Assembly (NCBI GenBank): GCA_040954595.2
Contig: CM082584.2
Coordinates: 544,281-608,280 of the forward strand
DNA from: Balanoglossus misakiensis
Lineage: Eukaryota > Animalia > Hemichordata
DNA: 64,000 nt
Reading direction: 5' to 3'
A program made the translations under genes and the position numbers. Shown here in pieces: positions 10,983 to 25,267 of the stretch. Each line of letters opens with the position of its first letter. Positions within the stretch are counted from its first letter, which is position 1. The notes beneath the pieces were generated by a model, which did not search any database, was not told the origin of the DNA, and was given only the letters and a program-made list of their open reading frames with translations.

Positions 10983-13900
10983 GAAGCCGGCCATGATGAG
11001 TGTGCCGAAAATACTACTAGTCATGGTGACATCACATCAACTTCACCGAAACCACATGTTGATCCTACTGCGAACTCCAGTAGTCACCCATTTCATGATC
11101 TCACTACTTCAAAAGGTATACGTATTGGTTTTTAGAACATTCAACATTTAACCAACAAGATTGATGAATTGCGCTTAAAATTGAACAATAACATTAAACC
11201 TTTCGATGTTCTTATTTTGAGTGAAACATTTCTCAGTGACCTTCATTGTGATGCAGATTTTATCATTAATGGGTACGAATCATGCAGAAAAGACAGGTCA
11301 ACTGGACCTGGTGGTGGCCTTCTCGCTTATGTTAACTCGAATTTCACCTTCAAACGCAGGCATGATCTTGAAAACTGTAATACCGAGGTCATCATAATTG
11401 AACTGTCTATTAATTACGCCCGTCCAATCTTTGTAATTGGTATTTATAGACCACCTAGTTCAACTCTTTCTGTTGACAAAGTTATTGAGAGTATTATCGA
11501 ATCTGTTTATTTAGAAAACAAAGAAATGATTGTATTGGGTGATTTTAACTTCAACCTCCTGAGTCCAAATGGGAGGAATAGCTATCTGTATAAGTGTATG
11601 GAATCTATGAATTTTAGTCAACTCGTCACCACTGTAACTCGCCCCATATCGGGAACCTTGCTTGATCACATTTATGTAAATAGTCCTAGTAACATTTCGA
11701 GAACCTGTATCCCTAAGGTTGGTCTTTCCGACCACTATCCTGTTTGTGTTATACGACGTTACCATGCCAACAATTGTAATACGGGCTCACATATTTATGT
11801 TACCAGTAGGCATTTTCGAAACTTTCATGCAAACAGCTTTATCGATGACTTAAACTCTGCTTTTGAGTCTTATTGTCATACAGACGATGTAAATACTGCG
11901 TTTATGGACTGGGCAACTTTTTTTAATGACATCTGCAATACGCATGCACCAAGAGTTGTTCGAAGGGTGAAGCGGCTACGACAACCACCATGGTTTTCTT
12001 CGGAGATTTTGGAGCTAATTCATGTTAGAGACTTTCATCTCGATAAAGCCGTGCGTTCCAACTCGCATGATGACTGGAGTATGTATAGAACACTAAGAAA
12101 TAAGGTAGTTCACTTTATAACCACCGAGAAGCGTCGCTACTATAGAAGTATTTTTTCTGCAAATTCCAGTAATCCAACTGTTGTATGGCGTACTGTACAT
12201 GACATTCTTTCAAATGATAACGCCTGTTCGCAAAGTCCTCGCATCACTTCCAATAACAGAACACTGTCGAATCACAAAGACATTGCAGATGCCTTCAATG
12301 ATTATTTCACCAGTATTGTTGTTGAGTACCGCCAAAGTCTTCCTGGCCACTCAGATTTGGCAATCACGAAAACGTGGGTTAATTCACAAATGAGCCCAAA
12401 TTTACCTTCTTTTCAGCTGCCCCAAATCCCATTTAATTTTGTGATGGAGCAACTAGCATCGTTAGATGCTACCAAATCTCATGGTTTTGACAATGTCTCC
12501 CCCAAACTTCTTAAAATCGGGGCAAATAGTATAGCGGGTCGCATTACTAATATGTTCAATTTGTCAATAACGAATGGTACTTTCCCTGATTGCTTTAAAT
12601 GTGCCAGAGTTGTACCCATACATAAGAACGGGCCGAAACATGTTATTAGTAATTACAGGCCCATATCAATCTTGCCTGCTTTATCAAAGATACTTGAGAG
12701 ACACGTTTATAACAGTCTGTACACTTATCTACAGAATAATAAGTTAATTATGAGTTCGCAGTCGGGTTTCAGACGCTTTCATTCATGTAATACCGCATTG
12801 CTGAAGCTTACAGATCAACTTTTAAGAAATATTGATAATGGTCTGTACAATGGCCTAATGTATCTTGACTTATGTAAGGCCTTTGACTTGGTCGATCATG
12901 ATATTCTTTTAAGGAAATTGTCCATTTACGGTGTTAATGATGTATCTTTAAAATGGTTTCGTTCATATCTCTCGAATAGATGTCAATTTGTCAGTTACAT
13001 GGGTGAGGAATCAAAGACTTTACCTGTTGTTTGTGGTGTTCCACAAGGTTCCATTTTAGGACCTCTTTTGTTTTTAATTTTCATTAATGATTTACCTTTG
13101 AGTCTCAGCATGGGCAACATTGATATGTTTGCTGATGATCAAACACTTTGTGTCTCTGGCATCTCTATTAATGAGGTTGGTACAAAACTTCAAGAGGACG
13201 TTTTACCAATTTCCACATGGGTTTCAAATAATGCCATGTCAATTAACACCACCAAGACAAAATGGATGATTGTTGCCTCTCGCCCAAAGGTTAATAATGT
13301 GTCCGAGCACAGTGTCACTCCCAATATTAGGATCAATAATACTTGCATTTCTTGTGTTTCTTCTCACACACTTCTTGGAATAGAGATTGACAATGCTTTA
13401 ACATGGGATACTCATATAGATAACTTAAGTAGAAAATTGTCAATGCGGATTGGGGTACTGAGGAAATTGCGACCTTTGACCCCAAGGCATACTCTTATGT
13501 TGGTTTATAATGCTATTTTCCTTTCTATAATTGATTACTGTTGCACTGTTTGGGGCAACACATCAAAAACCAATCTACAGAGAATTTATAAACTTCAGAA
13601 AAGAGCCGGCAGAGTAATTTTAGGAGTAGACATTACATTTCCTTCTCGTTCTCTTCTGACAACTCTTCATTGGTTGCCCATTGATATTAGAATTGAGTAT
13701 TTCATTGCTGTTCAAACTTTCAAGATACTACATGGCCTGGCGCCTGATTATTTAAATGAATTTTCCTATGTTTCTGAGATGTACAATTTTACCACTAGAT
13801 CTGTCAGCAACGCTAATTTGTATGTGCCCACTTTTAAAACAGCAACTGGGCAAAGGTCTTTTATGTATCGAGCAACAAATATCTGGAACAATATTCCCCT

Positions 13901-13997
13901 GTCTATAAGAAGCATATACAGTCTGTCACAGTTCAAGTCACAACTACGTAACTTTTTTCACACTAAATTTATAAATGAAGGTTCATCACTTGATTAG
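10983..13997 (+). pseudogene. LINE ORF2: APE endonuclease + reverse transcriptase, premature TAG at 11133-11135
   Basis: KGIRIGF*NIQHL, LSET, YRPP, GDFN, LDH, SDH (APE); NYRPIS, QSGFR, DLCKAFD, GVPQGSILGP, FADD (RT); LHWL C-terminal motif typical of CR1/L2 group. Confidence 0.92.
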
Positions 13998-14147
13998 ATT
14001 TCATGAATGTTTCCGCCATTGCGACTTGATTTGATTTTTTCAGTGTTTTTTTTTTCCTTGTTGTATTCATTCTCATTTTGCCTTTGAGGGCTCTGTTGTA
14101 TATTACAATTCTACTTTGTAACACAGACTACCCTCTTTAAATAAAGC

Positions 14148-14170
14148 ATAATAATAATAATAATAATAAT
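14148..14170 (+). repeat. (ATA/TAA)n microsatellite tail of the CR1-group LINE
   Basis: ataataataataataataataat directly after aataaagc and before satellite resumes. Confidence 0.9.
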
Positions 14171-15683
14171 AAACACCGACGTTAGTTGGGGGCACGGCCT
14201 GCAGTACTGCCGGGTAACCTGACATCGGCGTACCGCATATAATGTAGGGGGGGGGGGGACAGAACGGTTCAATACTACATTTATTAGATATCAGCTAATT
14301 TTGGACAATCATCTAAAATCTAAATCATTTTTTCATATTTGGTTATCTGATGATGTATGAAATTTCCATTATATGTAAAAATGGTGCTGATTATAAAAAA
14401 TGCACTCTGAATGAGCTGATTTAATACAAAATTGCGTTTTATTCGTTTTTGCACCAAAAAGGTCATTTTTAGGCAAAACATTCTTTATTTTTTTAATTCG
14501 GTGACCTGATCATATATAAACAATTGCTTGTATGTTAAAAGTTTTTATGACTTTTAAAAGCAGTGACACTGGCGGCATTCAACACGAAAATAACAATTTT
14601 AGCCACAATTTGGTCAAAATGGTAAATTTTTGAAAATTACAAAAATACCTGTTTTCTACATTTTTGGAAATCTGATGGAGTATAGAATGCTCTTCGTATA
14701 TATATATCGATACAAATTCCACAAAAAACGGCTAATTTGGCTCACTGCAGACAAAATTGCGTTTTACCAAATTTTCCTTGAAAATGTCATTTTTAGAAAA
14801 AAAAATAAAAAAACCTTTGTTTTTCGAATTTGGTGCCCTGATCATATATGACATGTTGATTATATGTTAAAACTTTCGACCACTCCAAAAATGCAGAGAT
14901 ATTGACGGAATTCAAGAAAAAATAGCCATTTTGGCCATATTTTGACAAAAATGGTAAATTTTTTAAAAATCATAAAAAATTAACTCTTTTCTTCATTTTC
15001 GGAAATATTATGGATAATGAAGTGTCGTTCTTTTGTAAAAAGTGCTGCAAATTCCAGAAAACGCGGTATAAATTGAATCACCCAAGACAAAATTACCATT
15101 TTCGACTTTTTTTCGAAAAATTGTCTTTTTTACAAAATAAATAAGAATAAATTCTTTTCTTAGTTTCAAACGGGTAGAGATACTTTCCACACGGGTTTTC
15201 TTACATTGAATTTCCGTTCATCAACTCAGATTTCCTACAGCATAAGTCGGCTAAAACCCCGGCACTCTAGAGCAGAAACACGCGTACAGAGATCACGTTG
15301 ATCAAGTCAGATTTCCTACGGCATGGCTTGGCTAAAGCCCTGGCACTCTAGAGCAGAAACACGCGTACAGAGACCACGTTGATCTACTCACATTTCCTTC
15401 GGCCTGGCACGGCTGATGCCCCGGCACTATATATAGGACACAGACTGGCGTAAGTTAACAACGGTAATCACGTCGGGTTTCCTACGGCCTGGCTCAGCTG
15501 AAGCCCCGGCACTCTAGAGCAGAAACAGGCGTACATTGACCACGTTGATCAAGTCAGATTTCCTACGGCGTGACTCGGCTGGTGCACCGGCTCTATATGA
15601 CACAGACTGGCGTAAGTTATCAACGGTGATTACGTCGGATTTCCTACTGCCTGGTTTAGCTGAAGCCCCGGCACTTTAGAGCG
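14171..15683 (-). repeat. Compound tandem repeat, segment 3 (inverted; monomer block shortened)
   Basis: Linker, AT-rich block, then monomers with about three missing at ~15250-15310. Confidence 0.93.
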
Positions 15684-16610
15684 AGACGTTCTTTGCCGAG
15701 TAGGATGCTGTCAGACAACGCATCGACTTATTTATCGGCTGCCAATGAAATCAAAACACTGTTTGATACGCCAGAAGTAAATGACTTTCTCGCCGCACAT
15801 CGTGTACAATGGACGTTTATACCGAAGCGCGCGACCTGGTTTGGTGGCTTCTGGGAGAGGCTGATTGCTTTGACAAAGAATGCTATTAGGAAAACTCTCG
15901 GTCGAGCTAACCTAACCTTTGATGAACTCGCAACAGTTGTGACTGAAATTGAAGCCGTTTTAAACGACAGGCCGTTAACGTACGTGTCATCCAGTATAAA
16001 CGACAACATTGGATTGACCCCAAATCACTTGCTACATGGCAGGACACTGACATCATTGCCGTACATCGAGATCACCGACGAAGAGGTGATTGACCCATCT
16101 TACTGTGATAATCGTGAAATCAACAAAAGATATGAACATCTATCAAGATTACACGATCAATTTTGGCGAAGATGGTCGTCCGATTATCTGACTGCCCTAC
16201 GTGAACGACATCCCACCAAAGGAACTCGTGATAATGTCATCAAGGTCGGAGATGTCGTGATAATACACAGTGACACTGACAAACGTCCGAAATGGCATTT
16301 AGGAGCTGTAACAAGGTTGATCTTCGGTAATGATAAACTGGTACGATCTGCGGAGTTGAACACCGCAGGTGGTCCTACAAACCGACCTATCCATAAATTG
16401 TACCCATTGGAAGTTGTCTCCAAGGAGCTGTCAACTGTGTCTGGAGATAATACAGGTATTGGAGCAGATTCCAACACGAATACTGAAACAGTCGACACAG
16501 CTGGAGCCTCTGAAGATTCCTCGGTGAAGGCGGATGTTGTACCCCCGAGACGACCTGTCAGAGACTCTGCAGTTGCCGCTCGAGTACGAATAGCGGATCT
16601 CTCTATTTGA
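15684..16610 (+). pseudogene. Truncated BEL integrase (second catalytic D and E retained) + DUF5641-like domain
   Basis: ORF 15693-16610; open frame begins at the satellite junction with no natural start. Confidence 0.88.
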
Positions 16611-16782
16611 CTTTGAAATTGGAAAACAATTTCGATCGCATTGTGACTGTTATCATGTTTACTGACACAATGAACATTAGTTTATTATCCTTGAACACTT
16701 TAGGTGACTTTAATCATATTTCATGTTATTTGATGTTTTTTTTTCTGACGATTTTCGAGACTTTCCTTTGCGCGGGGGAGAA

Positions 16783-17116
16783 TATGGAGAAGTGAGAGAT
16801 TTACTCCAGAAGGATCACGTGACGGAAACTCTTACCCTATCAGAGTTGACTTTGTTTCCCGCCAAACTTTATACTTGTAGCAGATTTATTGTAATTTTTG
16901 AGTGTTTGCTCCGGCGTTCGTGGGACTTATATATAACCCAGTTTTGGCGCTTTCGTGCAGCTTTTTGTAAGGAGCTCTGTGGTGTTACTTTGTTGTTGGA
17001 TTCAGATGGTAATAAACCAGTGTTTTACCTAGCACTGAATCGTTCGCTTCTTTTCCGACGTCAGTATACTCGAACCCCCTCCCGGGAGTATTGATCACTG
17101 CCACGATACTTCCACA
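16783..17116 (+). repeat. 3' LTR of BEL fragment B (~334 bp)
   Basis: Starts TATGGAGAAGT after PPT (TG apparently mutated to TA), ends ACTTCCACA (imperfect terminal inverted repeat); TATATAA ~16930, AATAAA 17011-17016. Confidence 0.78.
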
Positions 17117-20100
17117 CAATTTGGTCAAAATAGTAAATTTTTGAAAATTACAAAAAATACCTGTTTTCTACATTTTCGGAAATCTGATGGAGTAAAGAAT
17201 GCTCTTCGTATGTATATATCGATACAAATTCCACAAAAGACCGTCTAATTTGGCTCACTGCAGACAAAATTGCGTTTTACCAAATTTTCCTTGAAAATGT
17301 CATTTTTAGAAAAAATAAATAAAAAAACCTTTGTTCTTCGAATTTGGTGCCCTGATCATATATGACATGTTGATTGTATGTTAAAACTTTCGACCACTCC
17401 AAAAATGCAGATATATTGACGGAATTCGAGAAAAATTAGCCATTTTGACCATATTTTGACAAAAATGGTAAATTTTTAAAAAATCATAAAAAAATAACTC
17501 TTTTCTTCATTTTCGGAAATATTATGAAGCATGAAGTGTCGTTCTCTTGCAAAAAGTGCTGCAAATTCCAGAAAAGGCGGTATAATTTGAATCACCCAAG
17601 ACAAAATTACCATTTTCAACTTTTTTTGGAAAAATTGTCTTTTTTACAAAATAAATAAGAATAAATTCTTTTCTTAGTTTCAAACGGGTAGAGATACTTT
17701 CCACACGGGTTTTCTAACATTGAATTTCCGTTCATCAACTCAGATTTCCTACAGCATAAGTCGGCTAAAACCCTGACACTCTAGAGCAGAAACAGTTGCA
17801 CACTGGTAACGTTGAACAAGTCGATTTTTCTACGGCCTGGCTCCGCTAAATGTCCGTCACAATATGACAGACACTAGCGTACGTTAGCAACGGTGATCAA
17901 GTCAGATTTTCTACGGCATGGCTTGGATAAAGCCCCGGCACTCTAGAGCAGAAAAACGCGTACAGAGACCACGTTGATCAAGTCTGATCTCCTACGGCTT
18001 GGCTCGACTGAAACCCCGGCACACTATGACAGACACTAGCGTTCGTTAGCAACGTTGATTAAGTCAGATTTCCTACGGCATGGCTTGGCCCTGGCACTCT
18101 AGAGCAGAAACACGCGTACAGAGACCACGTTGATCTACTCACATTTCCTTCGGCCTGGCACTGCTGATGCCCCGGCACTATATATAGGACACAGACTGGC
18201 GTAAGTTAACAACGGTAATCACGTCGGGTTTCCTACGGCCTGGCTCAGCTGAAGCCCCGGCACTCTAGAGCAGAAACATGCGTACATTGACCACGTTGAT
18301 CAAGTCAGATTTCCTATGGCGTGACTCGGCTGGTGCACCGGCTCTATATGACACAGACTGGCGTAAGTTATCAATGGTGATTACGTCGGATTTCCTACGG
18401 CCTGGTTTAGCTGAAGCCCCGGCACTTTAGAGCGGAAACACGCGTACATTGACCACGATGATCAAGTCAGATCTCCTACGGCCTGGCTCGACAAAAACCC
18501 CGGCACACCATGACAGACACTAGCGTTCGTTAGCAACGGTGATCAAGTCGGATTTCCTTCGGCCTGGCTCTGCAAAAGACCCGACACTCTAGTACAAAGA
18601 CGTTGGCTAAGTCGGGCAAACCGAAGAGAGAAAGTCACAGCGGGTCAACACTCGACATTTGTTCGGGTAGGACTGCATTATTGCCTGTCAATTTATAGAG
18701 AAAGCCCGAATTTAACCAGGGCGCTTCAAACACCGACGTTAGTTGGGGGCACGGCCTGCAGTACTGCCGGGTAAGTTCACATCGGCGTACCGCATATAAT
18801 GTAGAGGGGGAACAGAACGGTTCAATACTACATTTATTAGATATCAGCTAATTTTGGACAATCATCTAAAATCTAAATCATTTTTTCATATTTGGATATC
18901 TGATGATGTATGAAATTTCCATTATTTGTAAACATGGTGCTGATTATAAAAAATGCACTCTGAATGAGCTGATTTAATACAAAATTGCGTTTTATTCGTT
19001 TTTGCACCAAAAAGGTCATTTTTAGGCAAAACATTCTTTATTTTATTAATTCGGTGACCTGATCATATATAAACAATTGCTTGTATGTTAAAAGTTTTTA
19101 TGACTTTTAAAAGCAATGACACTGGCGGCATTCAACACGAAAATAAAAATTTTAGCCACAATTTGGTCAAAATGGTAAATTTTTGAAAATTACAAAAAAT
19201 ACCTGTTTTCTACATTTTCGGAAATCTGATGGAGTATAGAATGCTCTTCGTATGTATATATCGATACAAATTCCACAAAAGACCGTCTAATTTGGCTCAC
19301 TGCAGACAAAATTGCGTTTTACCAAATTTTCCTTGAAAATGTCATTTTTAGAAAAAAAAAAATAAAAAAACCTTTGTTCTTCGAATTTGGTGCCCTGATC
19401 ATATATGACATGTTGATTGTATGTTAAGACTTTCGACCACTCCAAAAATGCAGAGATATTGACGGAATTCAAGAAAAAATAGCCATTTTGGCCATATTTT
19501 GACAAAATGGTAAATTTTTAAAAAATCATAAAAAATAACTCTTTTCTTATTTTTTCGGAAATATTATGGAGCATGAAGTGTCGTTCTCTTGTAAAAAGTG
19601 CTGCAAATTCCAGAAAAGGCGGTATAATTTAAATCACCCAAGACAAAATTACCATTTTCGACTTGTTTTCGAAAAATTGTCTTTTTTACAAAATAAATAA
19701 GAATAAATTCTTTTCTTAGTTTCAAACGGGTAGAGATACTTTCCACACGGGTTTTCTAACATTGAATTCCCGTTCATCAACTCAGATTTCCTACAGCATA
19801 AGTCGGCTAAAACCCTGACACTCTAGAGCAGAAACAGTTGCACACTGGTAACGTTGAACAAGTCGATTTTTCTACTGCCTGGCTCGGCTAAATCTCCGTC
19901 ACAATATGACAGACACTAGCGTACGTTAGCAACGGTGATAAAGTCAGATTTTCTACGGCATGGCTTGGATAAAGCCCCGGCACTCTAGAGCAGAAACACG
20001 CGTACAGAGAGCACGTTGATCAAGTCTGATCTCCTACGGCTTGGCTCGACTAAAACCCCGGCACACTATGACAGACACTAGCGTTAGTAAGCAACGTTGA

Positions 20101-23100
20101 TCAAGTCAGATTTCCTACGGCATGGCTTGGCTAAAGCCCTGGCACTCTAGAGCAGAAACACGCGTACAGAGACCACGTTGATCTACTCACATTTCCTTCG
20201 GCCTGGCACGGCTGATGCCCCGGCACTATATATAGGACACAGACTGGCGTAAGTTAACAACGGTAATCACGTCGGGTTTCCTACGGCCTGGCTCAGCTGA
20301 AGCCCCGGCACTCTAGAGCAGAAACAGGCGTACATTGACCACGTTGATCAAGTCAGATTTCCTACGGCGTGACTCGGCAGGTGCACCGGCTCTATATGAC
20401 ACAGACTAGCGTAAGTTATCAACGGTGATTACGTCGGATTTCCTACGGCCTGGTTTAGCTGAAGCCCCGGCACTTTAGAGCGGAAACACGCGTACATTGA
20501 CCACGATGATCAATTCAGATCTCCTACGGCCTGGCTCGACTAAAACCCCGGCACACCATGACAGACACTAGCGTTCGTTAGCAACGGTGATCAAGTCTGA
20601 TTTCCTTCGGCCTGGCTCTGCAAAAGACCCGACACTCTAGTACAAAGACGTTGGCTAAGTCGAGCAAACCGAAGAGGGAAAGTCACAGAGGGTCAACACT
20701 CGACATTTGTTCGGGTAGGACTGCATTATTGCCTGTCAATTTATAGAGAAAGCTCGAATTTAACCAGGGCGTTTCAAACACCGACGTTAGTTGGGGGCAC
20801 GGCCTGCAGTACTGCCGGGTAAGCTGACATCGGCGTACCGCATGTAATGTAGGGGGGGGGGGAAACAGAACGGTTTAATACTACATTTATCAGATATCAG
20901 CTAATTTTGGACAATCATCTTAAATCTAATTCATTTTTTCATATTTGGATATCTGATGATGTATGAAATTTCCATTATATGTAAAAATGGTGCTGATTAT
21001 AAAAATGCACTCTGAATGAGCTGATTTAATACAAAATTGCGTTTTATTCGTTTTTGCACCAAAAAGGTCATTTTTAGGCAAAACATTCTTTATTTTTTTA
21101 ATTCGGTGACCTGATCATATATAAACAATTGCTTGTATGTTAAAAGTTTTTATGACTTTTAAAAGCAGTGACACTGGCGGCATTCAACACGAAAATAACA
21201 ATTTTAGCCACAATTTGGTCAAAATGGTAAATTTTTAAAAATTACAAAAAAATACCTGTTTTCTACATTTTCGGAAATCTGATGGAGTATAGAATGCTCT
21301 TCGTATGTATATATCGATACAAATTCTAAAAAAAAAGACCGTCTAATTTGGCTCACTGCAGGCAAAATTGCGTTTTACCAAATTTTCCTTGAAAATGTCA
21401 CTTTTAGAAGAAAAAAAAATAAAAAAACCTTTGTTCTTCGAATTTGGTGCCCTGATCATATATGACATGTTGATTGTATGTTAAAACTTTCGACCACTCC
21501 AAAAATGCAGATATATTGACGGAATTCAAGAAAAAATAGCCATTTTGGCCATATTTTGACAAAAATGTAAATTTTTAAAAAATCATAAAAAAATTATTCT
21601 TTTCTTCATTTTCCGAAATATTATGGAGCATGAAGTGTCGTTCTCTTGTAAGAAGTGCAGCGAATTCCAGAAAAGGCGGTATAATTTTAATCACCCAAGA
21701 CAAAATTACCATTTTCGACTTTTTTTCGAAAAATTGTCTTTTTTACAAAATAAATAAGAATAAATTCTTTTCTTAGTTTCAAACGGGTAGAGATACTTTC
21801 CACAAGGGTTTTCTAACATTGAATTCCCGTTCATCAACTCAGATTTCCTACAGCATAAGTCGGCTAAAACCCTGACACTCTAGAGCAGAAACAGTTGCAC
21901 ACTGGTAACGTTGAACAAGTCGATTTTTCTATGGCCTGGCTCGGCTAAATCTCCGTCACAATATGACAGACACTAGCGTACGTTAGCAACGGTGATCAAG
22001 TCAGATTTTCTACGGCATGGCTTAGATAAAGCCCCGGCACTCTAGAGCAGAAACACGCGTACAGAGACCACGTTGATCAAGTCTGATCTCCTACGGCTTG
22101 GCTCGACTAAAACCCCGGCACACTATGACAGACACTAGCGTTCGTTAGCAACGTTGATCAAGTCAGATTTCCTACGGCATGGCTTGGCTAAAGCCCTGGC
22201 ACTCTAGAGCAGAAACACGCGTACAGAGACCACGTTGATCTACTCACATTTCCTTCGGCCTGGCACGGCTGATGCCCCGGCACTATATATAGGACACAGA
22301 CTGGCGTAAGTTAACAACGGTAATCACGTCGGGTTTCCTACGGCCTGGCTCAGCTGAAGCCCCGGCACTCTAGAGCAGAAACAGGCGTACATTGACCACG
22401 TTGATCAAGTCAGATTTCCTACGGCGTGACTCGGCTGGTGCACCGGCTCTATATGACACAGACAGGCGTAAGTTATCAACGGTGATTACGTCGGATTTCC
22501 TACGGCCTGGTTTAGCTGAAGCCCCGGCACTTTAGAGCGGAAACACGCGTACAAAAACCACGTTGATCTACTCACATTTCCTTCGGCCTGGCACGGCTGA
22601 TGCCCCGGCACTATATATAGGACACAGACTGGCGTAAGTTAACAACGGTAATCACGTCGGGTTTCCTGCGGCCTGGCTCAGCTGAAGCCCCGGTGCTCTA
22701 GAGCAGAAACAGGCGTACATTGACCACGTTGATCAAGTCAGATCTCCTACGGCCTGGCTCGACTAAAACCCCGGCACACCATGACAGACACTAGCGTTCG
22801 TTAGCAACGGTGATCAAGTCGGATTTCCTTCGGCCTGGCTCTGCAAAAGACCCGACACTCTAGTACAAAGACGTTGGCTAAGTCGGGCAAACCGAAGAGG
22901 GAAAGTCACAGCGGGTCAACACTCGACATTTGTTTGGGTAGGACTGCATTATTGCCTGTCAATTTATAGAGGAAGCCCGAATTTAACCAGGGCGTTTCCA
23001 ACACCGATGTTAGTTGGGGGCACGGCCTGCAGTACTGCCGGGTAAGCTGACATCGGCGTACCGCATATAATGTAAGGGGGGGTGGGGGGGGGGGGAACGG

Positions 23101-24980
23101 AACGGTTCAATACTACATTTATTAGATATCAGCTAATTTTGGACAATCATCTAAAATCTAAATCTTTTTTTCATATTTGGATATCTGATGATGTAGGAAA
23201 TTTCCATTATATGTAAAAATGGTGCTGATTATAAAAAATGCACTCTGAATGAGCTGATTTAATACAAAATTGCGTTTTATTCGTTTTTGCACCAAAAAGG
23301 TCATTTTTAGGCAAAACATTCTTTATTTTTTTAATTCGGTGACCTGATCATATATAAACAATTGCTTGTATGTTAAAAGTTTTTATGACTTTTAAAAGCA
23401 GTGACACTGGCGGCATTCAACACGAAAATAACAATTTTAGCCACAATTTGGTCAAAATGGTAAATTTTTGAAAATTATAAAAAATACCTGTTTTCTACAT
23501 TTTCGGAAATCTGATGGAGTATAGAATGCTCTTCGTATGTATATATCGATACAAATTCCACAAAAGACCGTCTAATTTGGCTCACTGCAGACAAAATTGC
23601 TTTTTACCAAATTTTCCTTGAAAATGTCATTTTAAGAAAAAAAACTAAAAAAACCTTTGTTCTTCGAATTTGGTGCCCTGATCATATATGACATGTTGAT
23701 TGTATGTTAAAACTTTCGACCACTCCAAAAATGCAGAGATATTGACGGAATTCAATAAAAAATAGCCATTTTGGCCATATTTTGACAAAAAAGGTACATT
23801 TTTAAAAAATCATAAAAAATTAACTCTTTTCTTCATTTTCGGAAATATTATGGAGCATGAAGTGTCGTTCTCTTGTAAAAAGTGCTGCAAATTGCAGAAA
23901 AGGCGGTATAATTTGAATCACCCAAGACAAAATTACCATTTTCGACTTTTTTTTCGAAAAATTGTCTTTTTTACAAAATAAATAAAAATAAATTCTTTTC
24001 TTAGTTTCAAACGGGTAGAGATACTTTCCACACGGATTTTCTAACACTGAATTCCCGTTCATCAACTCAGATTTCCTACAGCATAAGTCGGCTAAAATCC
24101 TGACACTCTAGAGCAGAAACAGTTGCACACTGGTAACGTTGAACAAGTCGATTTTTCTACGGCCTGGCTCGGCTAAATCTTCGTCACAATATGACAGACA
24201 CTATCGTACGTTAGCAACGGTGATCAAGTCAGATTTTCTACGGCATGGCTTGGATAAAGCCCCGGCACTCTAGAGCAGAAACACGCGTGCAGAGACCACG
24301 TTGATCAAGTCTGATCTCCTACGGCTTGGCTCGACTAAAACCCCGGCACACTATGATAGACACTAGAGTTCGTTAGCAACGTTGATCAAGTCAGATTTCC
24401 TACGGCATGGCTTGGCTAAAGCCCTGGCACTCTAGAGCAGAAACACGCGTACAAAAACCACGTTGATCTCCTCACATTTCCTTCGACCTGGCACGGCTGA
24501 TGCCCCGGCACTATATATAGGACACAGACTGGCGTAAGTTAACAACGGTAATCACGTCGGGTTTCCTACGGCCTGGCTCAGCTGAAGCCCCGGCGCTCTA
24601 GAGCAGAAACAGGCGTACATTGACCACGTTGATCAAGTCAGATTTCCTACGGCGTGACTCGGCTGGTGCACCGGCTCTATATGACACAGACTGGCGTAAG
24701 TTATCAACGGTGATTACGTCGGATTTCCTACGGCCTGGTTTAGCTGAAGCCCCGGCACTTTAGAGCGGAAACACGCGTACATTGACCACGATGATCAAGT
24801 CAGATCTCCTACGGCCTGGCTCGACTAAAACCCCGGCACACCATGACAGACACTAGCGTTCGTTAGCAACGGTGATCAAGTCGGATTACCTTCGGCCTGG
24901 CTCTGCAAAAGACCCGACACTCTAGTACAAAGACGTTGGCTAAGTCGGGCAAACCGAACAGGGAAAGTCACAGCGGGTCA
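17117..24980 (-). repeat. Compound tandem repeat, segment 4 (~3.7 units, inverted, more diverged copies)
   Basis: Unit landmarks at ~17704, 19746, 21800, 24030; extra monomer pair at ~22550-22730. Confidence 0.95.
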
Positions 24981-24982
24981 TT

Positions 24983-25267
24983 ATGGTGGTCTTCGGTAAC
25001 GCCAACGAAGCCAGACAGATTTTATTTGCGGCCCCTGGATGCCTGAAAGGAAACAAGTTGAAAGGAAACCAGATTTATGTGTCTGACGATGTAAGCAAGA
25101 AAGTATACGCGGAACGGAAGAGGCTACTACAGTATGCAAGCAAGATAAAGAGAGAAGCGTCGACGAAAAGCTGCTACATAGCTTGGAAAGTGCCGGCAAC
25201 ACTCGTAATCAAGTACGCTAATGGTGTCAAAAAGGAACTCACGGTAAATGACATTCCAGAAAAATGA
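24983..25267 (+). pseudogene. C-terminal fragment of L1/Tx1 ORF1
   Basis: LKGNQIYVSDDVSKKVYAERKRL..PATLVI resembles L1 ORF1p RRM/CTD junction; begins at the 5' truncation point. Confidence 0.75.

Larger units (their letters stand above)
8791..14170 (+). mobile_element. CR1/L2-group (CR1/Crack/Daphne-like) LINE, near full length, disabled
   Basis: 5' UTR, ORF1, ORF2, 3' UTR with GAGGG...CCCTC stem, AATAAA and (ATA)n tail; inserted at satellite site gtttc|aaacacc with no TSD. Confidence 0.92.
15684..17116 (+). mobile_element. BEL/Pao LTR retrotransposon fragment B (integrase C-terminal half + 3' LTR), different family from fragment A
   Basis: SDNA, WFGGFWERLI, EAVLNDRPL, LTPNHLL, FWRRWSSDYL, KVGDVV, RPIHKLYPLE; PPT GCGGGGGAGAA at 16772-16782. 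Confidence 0.92.
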
